DNA of 64,000 bases from Rhodospirillales bacterium. GTDB lineage: Bacteria; Pseudomonadota; Alphaproteobacteria; Bin95. The stretch spans positions 1,280,894 through 1,344,893 of the forward strand of contig JAYQLI010000035.1 of the NCBI GenBank assembly GCA_038143065.1, written 5' to 3'. Below the pieces are notes generated by a model. It saw only the letters and a program-made list of their open reading frames with translations. It had not been told where the DNA came from and searched no databases. This document shows positions 1 to 10,555 of the stretch, in pieces (the stretch's first letter is position 1; every line of letters begins with the position of its first letter). The position numbers and the translations under genes were made by a program.

Positions 1-546
1 GTGGCTACTGCTGATAGACTTTCAAACGGCCGTTTCTTATTTGGCGTTGGTGCTGGTTGGAATGAAGAAGAGATGGCAGATCACGGAACAGAGCCAAAAC
101 ATCGCTTCCGACTTATGCGCGAGCGTATCGAGGCAATGAAGGCAATTTGGACTCAGTCAAAGCCGTCATACTCAGGAGAATTTGTAGAATTTGGGCAGAT
201 GATGACTTGGCCAAAACCGGTACAAAAACCACATCCTCCTGTAATTGTTGGAGGCGCATTTCCCTATGGTGCACGGCGAGCAATACGTTTTGGTGATGGT
301 TGGATTCCCCTTGGCGGTACTCGTGGCGTGGATATAGCCAATCAGATGCCGCACTTTCGTCAGATGGCAGCTGAGGCTGGACGTAACCCTGATGAAATTG
401 AAGTTAGTGTATTTGCAGCACGACCTAATGAAAAAGAACTCGAAACGCTAAAGGCAGCCGGTATTGCTCGCGTTACTTTTGATCTTCCATCCGCATCTTC
501 GGATGAAGTTTTACCTCTTCTCGATAAGCTAGCACGATTGATTTAA
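1..546 (+). CDS. LLM-class (probable F420-dependent, TIGR03619-like) oxidoreductase, 5'-truncated by window
   Basis: DRLSNGRFLFGVGAGW, PKPVQKPHPPVIVGG and RRAIRFGDGW motifs. Confidence 0.85.
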   Translation: MATADRLSNGRFLFGVGAGWNEEEMADHGTEPKHRFRLMRERIEAMKAIWTQSKPSYSGEFVEFGQMMTWPKPVQKPHPPVIVGGAFPYGARRAIRFGDGWIPLGGTRGVDIANQMPHFRQMAAEAGRNPDEIEVSVFAARPNEKELETLKAAGIARVTFDLPSASSDEVLPLLDKLARLI

Positions 547-564
547 TTTCTTGGAGAAATTCCT

Positions 565-762
565 TTGCGGATATGTGTGGATCCCGACAAATGCGAAGGC
601 CATAATCGTTGCTTTTCGCTAGCACCCGAACTTTTTGAGGTAGATGAATTTGGTATTGCTGCGACTAAGAATAACGGAGAAGTCCCAAAGGGTATGGAGG
701 ACAAAGCAGACCTAGCAATCGCTAATTGTCCAGAATTCGCTATTTCAATCCTGGAGGATTGA
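565..762 (+). CDS. Small single-cluster ferredoxin (3Fe-4S type, P450 partner)
   Basis: CEGHNRC...CPE motif (His at second Cys position); GGAG RBS before TTG start; directly upstream of P450. Confidence 0.85.
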   Translation: MRICVDPDKCEGHNRCFSLAPELFEVDEFGIAATKNNGEVPKGMEDKADLAIANCPEFAISILED

Positions 763-766
763 CAAC

Positions 767-2025
767 ATGAGTGATCGCAAACCAAGTATTCCCAATACTC
801 GCGAAGGCTGTCCCGTTCATGACTGGGCAACAGACTACGACGTCATGGACCCCATCTATAACAGTGATCCAGGACCAATTTGGCAGGATCTTCGGGAACG
901 GTGTCCCATCGCGCATTCAGAGAGATGGGGTGGGTCTTGGATGCCGACACGTTACGAAGACATCCGTGAAATGGCTCGAGCGGTTCCAACTCTTTCAAGT
1001 CGTGCCCCAGGGGTAATTCCTCCCTCCCCTGAAATGCGGGAAATTCTCATTCAGGAAGTAAAAGAATTTGGGGCTGAACTGCCACCAATTTCAGCTGACC
1101 CTCCTCTGCACAAACCCTTTAAGCAGCTAATACTTCCTTTATTCTCACCCAAGGCTGTCGACACGTATCGCCCTTTCACCGAACAATTAGCAAACAGCTT
1201 AATTGATCAGATCATTCAAAAAGGTCCCGAGATAGATGGGGCAACAGACTACGCCCAGCAACTTCCCCCAAGAGTGATTGCTCACAATATTGGGATTGAT
1301 GAGTCCCGTGCTGACGAATTTACAGAATGGGTCAGAGGGATCCTTGAACAGGGCCAAGCGGACGCAGAAATACGGCTTAAATATCGGCGGATAATCAGAG
1401 ATTTTTTCCAACAAATGATTATTGAAAGGCGGAATGCCCCTCGAGATGACGCCATTTCCAGACTTATGAAAGCAGAAATTGAAGGAGAAAAATTATCTGA
1501 CTATACAATCATAGGCGTTTGCTTTTTGTTATTGGTAGCCGGAATTGATACAACCTGGAGCTCTATTGGATCTGCGCTGTTTCATTTCGGCACAAACCCC
1601 GAGCACCGCCAACGGATTTATGCCGAACCCAATTTGTTCCCGACTGCAATTGAAGAATTACTGCGGTTCTATTCACCCGTAAAAATGGCGCGGCGAGTAC
1701 TAGAACCTATAAAATTCGGTAAGGTTGAGATGCAACCGGGAGATAAAGTGATAATGAATTTCCCAGCTGCTAACCGCGATCCTCAAATTTTTGATAGAGC
1801 TGAAGAGGTAGTTCTAGATCGCAAACAAAACCGTCACATAGCATTTGAGTTGGAATTCATCGATGTGCTGGTTCAAATCTAGCTCGGATGGAGATGGATA
1901 TTGCTCTTCGTGTCTGGTTTAACAGAATTAAGGACTTTGAAGTAATCCAACCTAAAAAGGTTATATGGTCTGGTGGCCAAGTTCGTGGCCCTCGGGTCAT
2001 GCCAATGAGAATTTTAGGGGCTTAG
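767..2025 (+). CDS. Cytochrome P450 (one frameshift near 1846)
   Basis: AGIDTT I-helix and EELLR K-helix; restoring one G gives heme motif FGVGIHRCAG and a stop at 2023-2025. Confidence 0.9.
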
Positions 2026-2028
2026 GGC

Positions 2029-2440
2029 CTAACTCGGCATTTCATCAGATTTAGGTAAGTTTGGGTCTAATTGGTTCCAAGGTTGAGCAGACCTTACAAA
2101 GATGTCTCTAGCCGGTTGATAGGAACTTGGATCATCCAAACTTCCCGCATAAAGAACAGTAAAGTATTTTGAAATATCATTTCGAATAAATAGAGGTGAT
2201 CCACAATCACGAGCAAAAGGCGCGATGTATCGCATGGCCTCGGTCCGCCTGACGCGTAAACCACTTGGGCTCACCCTTTTCAAGGTTGAAATTTTCACTC
2301 TTGAAACCCATACCCGGAAAATAGGCACTGCCCGTTGCCTGCTGACAATCTCTACAATGACAATTACCCATATAGCGCGGTTCACCCACTGCTCTGTAAC
2401 GGATCGCACCACAAGCACAACCACCCGTAAAATCAGTCAT
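2029..2440 (-). CDS. GFA/CENP-V family Zn-binding protein (frameshift near 2210)
   Basis: GGCACG, CHCRDCQ, then FC..CGSP split across two frames. Confidence 0.85.
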
Positions 2441-3561
2441 AAGACATCTCCCTTCTGGACTCCCTTTATCCTATCCCATTCAGCCTGAACTTCTGGGTCC
2501 GGATCATTACGATACATCAAATTTGCCCTCTCAGGTTCCAATCGGCTGAGAGCCCAGATAGCGGCACGGCGAACTAAAGGTGATGAGTCAGTGGTTAATT
2601 GAGCGGCGGTTCCTGCCAGCTCTGGTAAATCGGAGTTACCAATAGCAATGGCAACATTTCTTACAAACCTATCACGGCCTGTGCGCTTGATCGGAGATCC
2701 TGCAAATACCTGCCTGAACTCTGCATCATCAAGGCCAGCTAGCTCTTTAAGCTTAGGAACTTGAAGCTCAACTCGGGGCCAAAGAGCGGGTTCTTTTGGT
2801 AATTCTGCAAATTTATTCCAAGGGCATACAGCCAGGCAGTCGTCGCAGCCATAAATCCGTCCCCCCATAGCCTCCATTAAGTCGTAATCAATATGGCTCT
2901 TATGTTCGATTGTAAGGTAGGAGATACAGCGACGAGCATCTAGCTTATAGGGCGCAACAAATGCATCAGTTGGACATGCTTCCAAGCAATTCCGACATGA
3001 TCCACAATGGTCTAATTCCACCGCATCAGGCGTTAGGTCAATATCCGTAAACATCTCACCTAAAAAAAACCAATTACCTAGCCCGCGGCTAACGAGGTTC
3101 GAATGTTTACCCTGCCAACCTATTCCTGCGCGCTGAGCAAGGTGCTTTTCTAATACAGGGGCGGTATCAACAAAAATTTTTACTTGCGCTCCATGAACCT
3201 CATTCGTCCATCTAGCTAAACGCTTCAAACGCGATTTCAAAACGTCGTGATAATCTCTAACTGTTCGCGCGTAGACGCTTATCTCGCCACTTTCAGGATC
3301 GCTAACAGAAGAAAGAGGGTTTTCTGGTGGCGCATAACTCATAGCAACAACAACTACGCTACGAGCTTCAGGCCATAACTTTTTAGGGTCCGCTCGCCTT
3401 TCAGCATGAGTTGCCATCCAACCCATATCGCCATGCATACCAGACTTTAAGTACTCAGCTAGCCAAGCCTTTGCATCCTCTGAGCTCTCCGCTGGAGCAA
3501 ACCCGATTGCATCAAAACCTAGCGCTAAACCCTCTGAGCGGATCGCTGACGTTAGATCCAC
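2437..3561 (-). CDS. queG: Epoxyqueuosine reductase
   Basis: DTAPVLEK, GWQGKH, CGSCRNCLEACPT, RCISYLTIE and YGCDDCLAVCPWN motifs. Confidence 0.95.
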   Translation of the reverse strand: MDLTSAIRSEGLALGFDAIGFAPAESSEDAKAWLAEYLKSGMHGDMGWMATHAERRADPKKLWPEARSVVVVAMSYAPPENPLSSVSDPESGEISVYARTVRDYHDVLKSRLKRLARWTNEVHGAQVKIFVDTAPVLEKHLAQRAGIGWQGKHSNLVSRGLGNWFFLGEMFTDIDLTPDAVELDHCGSCRNCLEACPTDAFVAPYKLDARRCISYLTIEHKSHIDYDLMEAMGGRIYGCDDCLAVCPWNKFAELPKEPALWPRVELQVPKLKELAGLDDAEFRQVFAGSPIKRTGRDRFVRNVAIAIGNSDLPELAGTAAQLTTDSSPLVRRAAIWALSRLEPERANLMYRNDPDPEVQAEWDRIKGVQKGDVL

Positions 3562-3566
3562 TGGAG

Positions 3567-4349
3567 CTATCTAAGACCTTTAAGAAATTTTGCACGAGCT
3601 GCAGCTCCCGCCATGAGAAATCCAAGATCGCTGCCGCCAAGGATAAGTTGCGCGCCCATACCAATGTATCGGCTTGCCAAGTCTTCGTCGTATATACCTC
3701 CCATGCCGAGGTGCTTCCCATTGTTTTTGCATGCACTTGCTACCCGCCCATATGCTGCTTTCACTTTTTCGTGACCAAACTGGCCAGGGATGCCCATTTC
3801 GGCGCAAAGATCATTCGTTCCAATTAGAAGACAATCGACACCTTCAACTGCTGCCATCGCATCAGCTTGTTCTACAGCGCTAGCACTTTCTATCATGCAA
3901 ACAACTAGGATATTGTCATTGACCAAGCCAACCTGCTTTTCAATACCTACCGCCTCATACGCAAGTTGAGGGGCAAGGCCGCCTACAGATCTTTTTCCAA
4001 GAGGAGGATGCAAACACTGATCACGTATCATTGTTGCCTCTTCAACATTTTCTACATGGGGAGCAACAATTCCCTGAGCACCCGAATCAAGGGGTCTACT
4101 CATAAGAAAGCTGGCGTGATGCGATGGTCGAACTAAAGGAGTTATTCCTGCATCAAGTCCTGCAGCACACATGTCAGCTGCTGTATCAATGGTCATTGAA
4201 TTATGCTCAAGATCAATAAATAGCCAATCAAAACCACACACTTTAGCAATCTTGACTGTGTCAACAGTGCGAGCCTGGCGCATGCCAAACCCTATAGCTA
4301 GCTCACCTGCTTTCAACTTATCTTTAGCAAGATTTGGGATAGCTGGCAT
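3567..4349 (-). CDS. HpcH/HpaI aldolase family protein
   Basis: GFDWLFIDLEH, MIES and IGTNDL motifs. Confidence 0.88.
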   Translation of the reverse strand: MPAIPNLAKDKLKAGELAIGFGMRQARTVDTVKIAKVCGFDWLFIDLEHNSMTIDTAADMCAAGLDAGITPLVRPSHHASFLMSRPLDSGAQGIVAPHVENVEEATMIRDQCLHPPLGKRSVGGLAPQLAYEAVGIEKQVGLVNDNILVVCMIESASAVEQADAMAAVEGVDCLLIGTNDLCAEMGIPGQFGHEKVKAAYGRVASACKNNGKHLGMGGIYDEDLASRYIGMGAQLILGGSDLGFLMAGAAARAKFLKGLR

Positions 4350-4392
4350 TTTTGCCTCCTTAGCAACATCGTCGATAATTTTGCCCCATAGC

Positions 4393-5280
4393 TTAAGCGG
4401 GGTCCATCCGCTGGAAGATTAACAAAGTGGAGAAATCTCCAAAATCAATTCTCGCTCGGGTTTGAGCTTTAACGACGGGCTTTCCGCGCCATGCAACACC
4501 AAGACCAGCTCGGCGCAGCATGGGAATATCGTTAGAACCATCTCCCACAGCCAGAACGGCCTCTGGGCCGATTTCAAGTCTTTGCATAGCCGCTTCAAGA
4601 GCCTGCACCTTTGCCGCGCTATCTAAAATTGGCTCAATTAACTCCCCCGTTATTATTCCAGAATTAATTTCAATATCGTTAGCCTGGTTACCGTGAAAGC
4701 CAAGTTGGTGCGCAACCTTGTCAGTAAAAAACTTGAATCCACCAGAAACCAGCAGACACTCCGCACCCGAATTTGCCATTGATCTCACGAGCACATCAGC
4801 ACCTGGAGTTATCGAAATATTGGAATATACGTCTTCTAAAATACCTGCCTCTACGCCAGCTAAAAGACGGACCCGTTCTCGAAGTGCCGTTTGAAAATCG
4901 ATTTCACCATTCATTGCACGACTTGTGATTTCAGACACTCTATGCCCAACACCGGCTCTAGCAGCCATTTCATCCAACGTTTCTGAAGCAACTATGGTGG
5001 AGTCCATGTCTGCAATCATGAGCCGCTTACCTCTGTGCTTGGCTGGCTGCAAAGCATAATCAACAGGTTTATGGCCAATAGCTAAGCGAACGGCATCGGC
5101 GATATGTTCGTTCCAGGGGTCGCCCTCCCATCTGATGTCTGCAGCACGATCATTAGAAAAGAATTCCACTCCATCTACGGAGTGCGCACCTCCAACACCT
5201 AGCGCAGTAACAGCAATTTCGCTAACTGAAGTCTCGAGCTTGCAGTCAGGAGGCGCTACAAGAGTAAGTATGGATTCCAC
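4393..5280 (-). CDS. serB: Phosphoserine phosphatase
   Basis: HAD motifs ADMDST, VSGGF, GDGSND; start moved to GTG at 5280 because the longer ORF runs into miaA. Confidence 0.9.
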   Translation of the reverse strand: MESILTLVAPPDCKLETSVSEIAVTALGVGGAHSVDGVEFFSNDRAADIRWEGDPWNEHIADAVRLAIGHKPVDYALQPAKHRGKRLMIADMDSTIVASETLDEMAARAGVGHRVSEITSRAMNGEIDFQTALRERVRLLAGVEAGILEDVYSNISITPGADVLVRSMANSGAECLLVSGGFKFFTDKVAHQLGFHGNQANDIEINSGIITGELIEPILDSAAKVQALEAAMQRLEIGPEAVLAVGDGSNDIPMLRRAGLGVAWRGKPVVKAQTRARIDFGDFSTLLIFQRMDPA

Positions 5281-5302
5281 GAGAAATTGTCCCCTTGGCG
5301 AA

Positions 5303-6223
5303 ATGCGCCCTGTCATTGTCGTAACTGGCCCTACAGCAAGCGGCAAGTCAGCATTCGCACTTGAAATTGCGAGGCAGTTTAATGGGGTTGTGATAAACGC
5401 AGATAGCATGCAGGTCTATAAAGGACTTCGAATTCTAACAGCTAGACCCACACCAGAAGAGGAAGCACAAGCCCCTCACAAATTGTACGGCTGGCTAGAA
5501 CCAGATGATGTGTGCTCGGCAGGTCGGTGGGTACAGGCAGCCTTGGCAGAAATCAAAAAATGTCATGACTCTGGCCTCACCCCAATTATTTGTGGAGGAA
5601 CCGGGTTTTACATTGAAGCCTTAATCAAAGGCTTGCCTCCCACCCCGTCGATTCCTCCCGACATCCGTGCTCAGGCAAGGGTGGACGTTGCTAAAGATTA
5701 TGAAGGTCACTATTCCGTGCTCGAACGGGCTGATCCTAAATCAGCGGCTCGAATTCACGATCCGCAACGTCTATCTCGTGCACTAGAGATTTGGCGGACA
5801 ACAGGAAAAATTCCCTCGGAGGTGCTCCATACTCCACCAGCGCCTCCTAAAGGGTTAGTTTTCAATGTAACAGCAATAATGCCAGAACGAGATCAACTTT
5901 ATGCTCGTATCAACTCTCGAACCAATATCATGGCTAACCTTGGTGCAGTTGAGGAAGCAACAGCCTTTCTTGCTCGCAATCTAAATCCCGAGTTACCAGC
6001 AATGAGGGCGATTGGGGTGAAAGAATTTGCCTCAGTCAATAAAAGTGAAATTTTATTACAAAATGCAATTGAAGCAACATCGCAAGCCACGAGACGCTAC
6101 GCAAAACGCCAAAACACCTGGATCAAGCAACGATTAGAAGTGGATTTTGTTTTAAATATGGAAGAAAATGTTAATTTACATGATGATTTTATAATAAAAT
6201 TATATAAAAAATTATTGACCTAA
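5303..6223 (+). CDS. miaA: tRNA dimethylallyltransferase
   Basis: GPTASGKS, NADSMQVY, GGTGFY and TRRYAKRQNTW motifs. Confidence 0.95.
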   Translation: MRPVIVVTGPTASGKSAFALEIARQFNGVVINADSMQVYKGLRILTARPTPEEEAQAPHKLYGWLEPDDVCSAGRWVQAALAEIKKCHDSGLTPIICGGTGFYIEALIKGLPPTPSIPPDIRAQARVDVAKDYEGHYSVLERADPKSAARIHDPQRLSRALEIWRTTGKIPSEVLHTPPAPPKGLVFNVTAIMPERDQLYARINSRTNIMANLGAVEEATAFLARNLNPELPAMRAIGVKEFASVNKSEILLQNAIEATSQATRRYAKRQNTWIKQRLEVDFVLNMEENVNLHDDFIIKLYKKLLT

Positions 6224-6250
6224 TATACCAATCAAATTATCTTGCGCGCC
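6215..6250 (+). promoter_or_regulatory. Sigma70-type promoter for ilvI-ilvH
   Basis: TTGACC (6215-6220), 17 nt spacer, TATCTT (6238-6243), then GC-rich discriminator GCGCGCC; AT-rich tract upstream. Confidence 0.6.
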
Positions 6251-6309
6251 GAAAAAATATTCGAAAGTAATTTTGTTTCAATTTAAATCTGGTGTTACTG
6301 GAGTTTCTG

Positions 6310-8076
6310 GTGAGCGAAGAAAAAATGACCGGCGCGGCCATGATAGTCCGCGCATTAATAGATCAGGGTGTCGAAGCGGTATTTGGCTATCCAGGCGGGG
6401 CAGTGCTCCCCATTTATGACGAAATTTTCAAGCAAAATCGCCTGAAGCACTATCTAGTGCGCCAGGAAGGTGGGGCGGTTCATGCTGCTGAAGGTTATGC
6501 CCGCTCTACCGGCAAGATTGGTGTTGTGCTCGTGACATCAGGGCCTGGTGCAACCAACGCCGTTACGGGACTAACAGATGCCCTTATGGATTCCATTCCA
6601 ATTGTTTGCCTAACCGGGCAAGTTCCGACACAACTTATAGGAAATGACGCCTTTCAAGAGGCTTATACCACCGGAATCACACGGCCCTGCACAAAACACA
6701 ATTACCTTGTGAAAGAGGTAAATGATTTACCTCGCGTGATGCACGAAGCCTTTCATGTAGCTCGTTCAGGCCGACCTGGTCCCGTTGTCATTGACTTACC
6801 CAAAGATGTTCAATTCGCAGAAGGTAGCTACAACAAGCCCCAAGCATTCGAACATCGGTCTTACCGTCCAAAAACCGAGCCAGAACCAGCTGCCATTGAA
6901 GAAGCCCTTGAGCTGATGGCAAAGGCAGAACGCCCCTTGTTTTATGTAGGCGGAGGCGTGATCAACGCTGGACCACAAGCATCAGACGATCTTCGAAGCC
7001 TGGTACGTTCCACTGGATTCCCTATCACTCAAACCTTGATGGGGTTGGGGGCGTTTCCAACGGATGACAAACAATCGCTCGGAATGGTTGGAATGCATGG
7101 GCTCTACGAGAGTAATATGGCAATGCATGACTGTGATCTTATGATATGCATTGGCGCTCGCTTTGATGATCGCGTGACAGGCAGGATTGATGCTTTCTCG
7201 CCAAACTCCATAAAAATTCATGTCGATATTGATGCATCTTCCATCAATAAAAACGTACGTGTTGATCTTCCAATCGTTGCCGATGCAGGCCGCACTCTAT
7301 CACTTTTGCTTGAGGGCTGGAGGTCAAAGAAATTAAAGACCAATGCAAAAGCAATCGACCTTTGGTGGCGTGTGATAGACAAATGGCGTGAACGTGATTG
7401 CCTTGCCTATGACAAAGCCTCCAAGATTATCAAGCCACAACTGGCACTAGAGCAACTCCAAATGGCAATGGAGAAATCTGGCAAACAGTATTTCGTAACT
7501 ACGGAAGTCGGCCAGCATCAAATGTGGGCAGCTCAATTCCTTCAATTCAGAGATCCCAACCGATGGATGACATCCGGCGGCCTCGGTACTATGGGGTATG
7601 GCCTACCAGCAGCGACAGGCGTTCAGGTAGCTCATCCAGATGCACTTGTAGTTGATGTATCAGGCGAGGCCTCATTCCTTATGAACATGCAGGAAATGTC
7701 CACAATTTCGCAGTACAAACTGCCAATCAAGCTCTTTATTTTGAACAATCAATGGATGGGCATGGTTCGGCAATGGCAAGAGTTACTGCACGGAAGCAGA
7801 TACTCGGAAAGTTATACGGACAGTCTTCCAGATTTCATTAAACTTGCCGAGGCTTTCGGTTGGACCGGCCTTGTTGCAAATGAGCCGGGGGAACTTGATG
7901 ATGTGATCAATCGCATGATTGAAACTGATGGTCCGGTGATTGCTGATATCCGCGTAGATCAAAAAGAAAACTGTTTTCCAATGATACCATCAGGAGCCGC
8001 TCACAACGAAATGCTAATGGGCCCCAATGCAGCCCAAGCAGCCGAAGTTAGTGACGCCGGCAAGGCTCTCGTTTAA
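6310..8076 (+). CDS. ilvI: Acetolactate synthase large subunit
   Basis: FGYPGGAVLPIYD, TSGPGATN, GARFDDRVTG, SGGLGTMGYG; exact start uncertain (6292, 6310 or 6325). Confidence 0.95.
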   Translation: MSEEKMTGAAMIVRALIDQGVEAVFGYPGGAVLPIYDEIFKQNRLKHYLVRQEGGAVHAAEGYARSTGKIGVVLVTSGPGATNAVTGLTDALMDSIPIVCLTGQVPTQLIGNDAFQEAYTTGITRPCTKHNYLVKEVNDLPRVMHEAFHVARSGRPGPVVIDLPKDVQFAEGSYNKPQAFEHRSYRPKTEPEPAAIEEALELMAKAERPLFYVGGGVINAGPQASDDLRSLVRSTGFPITQTLMGLGAFPTDDKQSLGMVGMHGLYESNMAMHDCDLMICIGARFDDRVTGRIDAFSPNSIKIHVDIDASSINKNVRVDLPIVADAGRTLSLLLEGWRSKKLKTNAKAIDLWWRVIDKWRERDCLAYDKASKIIKPQLALEQLQMAMEKSGKQYFVTTEVGQHQMWAAQFLQFRDPNRWMTSGGLGTMGYGLPAATGVQVAHPDALVVDVSGEASFLMNMQEMSTISQYKLPIKLFILNNQWMGMVRQWQELLHGSRYSESYTDSLPDFIKLAEAFGWTGLVANEPGELDDVINRMIETDGPVIADIRVDQKENCFPMIPSGAAHNEMLMGPNAAQAAEVSDAGKALV

Positions 8077-8089
8077 GGAATTTATCATC

Positions 8090-8632
8090 GTGGCAAATTC
8101 AACTTCAGTGTATGAAACGCAGTCTCGCGTTGACCCAATAGAGCGGCATACACTTGCTATACTTGTAGACAATGAACCCGGTATTCTCGCGCGCGTTGCA
8201 GGCCTTTTCTCAGGGCGCGGTTACAATATTGACAGCTTAACGGTTGCTGAAACTGACCATATGGCTGGGCTATCCCGTATCACCGTTGTGACTACCGGCA
8301 CACCCATGATTATTGAGCAAATCAAAGCACAGTTAGGTAGACTCGTACCTGTACATGACGTTGCAGATCTTACTTCCGAAGGCCCGCATGTGGAGAGAGA
8401 ACTTGCTCTGGTAAAAGTCGCAGGAAAAGGCGAACACAGAGTTGAAGCACTCAGAACTGCAGATATATTTCGGGCACGTGCAGTGGACAGCACCACTGAT
8501 AGCTTTGTATTTGAAATCACTGGATCTAGCGAAAAAGTGGATGCATTTATCGATTTGATGAAACCCTTGGGGTTAGTGGATGTAGCACGCACTGGTGTTG
8601 TAGCCATTGCGCGAGGCGCCAACGCGCTTTAG
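8090..8632 (+). CDS. ilvH: Acetolactate synthase small subunit
   Basis: ACT domain VDNEPGILARVAGLFSGRGYNIDSLTV; GTG start after AAGGA. Confidence 0.95.
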   Translation: MANSTSVYETQSRVDPIERHTLAILVDNEPGILARVAGLFSGRGYNIDSLTVAETDHMAGLSRITVVTTGTPMIIEQIKAQLGRLVPVHDVADLTSEGPHVERELALVKVAGKGEHRVEALRTADIFRARAVDSTTDSFVFEITGSSEKVDAFIDLMKPLGLVDVARTGVVAIARGANAL

Positions 8633-8711
8633 AACCCGCCTTCGCAAACTAATTTGACGCCAGTCTAACAAAGTTAACAACGAAAAAATTCTATAAATGA
8701 GGAGAACGCCA

Positions 8712-9731
8712 ATGCGCGTCTATTATGATCGGGATGCCGATGTAAATCTGATAAAGACTAAGAAAGTTGCTATTGTCGGCTACGGAAGCCAAGGACATGC
8801 ACACGCCAACAATTTGCGTGACTCTGGTGTCAAAGATGTAGTTGTTGCCCTGCGTCCTGGATCTGGTTCAGCAGCAAAAGCAGAAGGAGCTGGCTTCAAA
8901 GTGATGAGCCCAGCAGACGCTGCACAATGGGCTGACGTTGTAATGATCCTAACCCCAGATGAAGGTCACGCCGACCTTTGGGAACAGCATTTACGTGATA
9001 ATATGAAACAAGGTGCCGCTTTGGCAGTTGCACATGGCTTGTCGCTGCACTTCAATCTGGTTAAGCCTCGAGATGATCTCGACGTGTTCATGGTCGCCCC
9101 TAAAGGCCCAGGACACTTGGTCCGCACCGAGTACGTGCGCGGAGCCGGCGTACCCAGCCTGTTAGCAATCCATCAGGATGCAACAGGCAATGCTCATGAT
9201 ATTGGCCTGTCATATTCTTGCGCAAACGGCGGTGGCCGCGCGGGAATTATCGAAACCACAATGAAAGAAGAATGTGAAACCGATTTATTCGGCGAACAAG
9301 TTGTACTCTGCGGCGGTCTCTCTGCCCTTATTCAAGCAGGCTTCGAAACCCTTACTGAGGCAGGTTATGCTCCAGAAATGGCGTATTTTGAATGCGTCCA
9401 CGAGGTAAAGCTTATCGTCGATCTCATTTATGAAAATGGCCTAGCTGGTATGCGTTACTCAGTCTCCAACCCAGCTGAGTATGGAGACTACACAAGGGGG
9501 CCTCGCGTAATCGACGCCTCTGTTAAGGAGCGCATGAAAGAAATCCTTGGCGAAATCCAACGCGGTGAATTTGCACGAGAGTTTGTCCTCGAGAACAAGG
9601 CTGGTCAGCCTTCATTCCTCGCAAAGCGTCGAATTGGTGCAGAGCACGAGTTAGAAGTTATTGGCGAACGCCTACGCGGCATGATGCCTTGGATTGCCGA
9701 AAACGCAATTATAGATAAAAGCAAGAACTAA
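8712..9731 (+). CDS. ilvC: Ketol-acid reductoisomerase
   Basis: [20 protein letters not shown] and ETDLFGEQ motifs; GAGGAG RBS. Confidence 0.97.
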   Translation: MRVYYDRDADVNLIKTKKVAIVGYGSQGHAHANNLRDSGVKDVVVALRPGSGSAAKAEGAGFKVMSPADAAQWADVVMILTPDEGHADLWEQHLRDNMKQGAALAVAHGLSLHFNLVKPRDDLDVFMVAPKGPGHLVRTEYVRGAGVPSLLAIHQDATGNAHDIGLSYSCANGGGRAGIIETTMKEECETDLFGEQVVLCGGLSALIQAGFETLTEAGYAPEMAYFECVHEVKLIVDLIYENGLAGMRYSVSNPAEYGDYTRGPRVIDASVKERMKEILGEIQRGEFAREFVLENKAGQPSFLAKRRIGAEHELEVIGERLRGMMPWIAENAIIDKSKN

Positions 9732-9737
9732 TCGGCA

Positions 9738-9766
9738 AGGGCCAGCGCATTAAAACCGCTGGCCCT
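9738..9766. terminator. Hairpin after ilvC, probable terminator
   Basis: 10-bp stem AGGGCCAGCG/CGCTGGCCCT between convergent genes. Confidence 0.6.
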
Positions 9767-9831
9767 CACCCTTGGTTTTTTAGACAAGCCTAAAATTATT
9801 TCGTCATCAAACATTGGCGCAATAACTATTT

Positions 9832-10389
9832 CTACAGAGATTTTTTTGCCACAACATCTATTCGGACAATAACATTATCTTTGATGAAATCCGTAGAACG
9901 CCATTGCCCATCTCCTACATTGAACGCAAGACGGGAAAGAGCAACTTCCCCCTTCATATGAGCGTCCGGGCCGGAAATTGATAATGTAAAAGGAAGCTCC
10001 AACTTAGTTTTGATACCTTTTATTTCCAATGTTCCATTGGCAACATAACGGTCCTCTTCTAGGTGGCGAAACGAATCAGCCACGAAAGTCGCTTGAGGGA
10101 ATACATCGACCGACAGCCAATCACGTTTTCGAATTTCCACGTCTCTTTCTTTATAGTTTGTATCGATGCTTCCCGTTTCAATGTCTACACGAACTGAACT
10201 CGCGCTAAGATCTGTCTCGTCAAAACTAATTGTTGCATTCCATCTCTTAAAGAGACCTTCAACTGGAGAGTTCTGCCAATACGTAGTGAAGCCAATTCGG
10301 CTAGCGCCAAAATTGACATTCCAAATTGGCGCCTCTGCAAAAGCAGGGGAAATACAAAATAAAGTCATAAACAAAATTAGGTATTTCAA
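9832..10389 (-). CDS. YceI family secreted lipid/polyisoprenoid-binding protein
   Basis: Signal peptide ending AFA; SIDT..ERD, FPQATF and GTLEIKG motifs. Confidence 0.85.
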   Translation of the reverse strand: MKYLILFMTLFCISPAFAEAPIWNVNFGASRIGFTTYWQNSPVEGLFKRWNATISFDETDLSASSVRVDIETGSIDTNYKERDVEIRKRDWLSVDVFPQATFVADSFRHLEEDRYVANGTLEIKGIKTKLELPFTLSISGPDAHMKGEVALSRLAFNVGDGQWRSTDFIKDNVIVRIDVVAKKSL

Positions 10390-10555
10390 AACATTCTCTT
10401 GTCTTACTGCATCAAAGTTCAGCAGAATAACCCCATCTCGCCGATAAGCAATTACTGACAGCATAAATGGAATCCGCCAACCCATCCTGCAACGCATCTC
10501 AGGGAATAACGAAAGCAGCAGGTCATCTAATCCACAAAAGGAGACTCAGAAATCA

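Noticed and set aside
2207-2209. TGA inside the Cys-rich GFA gene as a second selenocysteine
   Set aside because: The conserved CGSP continues in a different frame, so this is a frameshift rather than readthrough.
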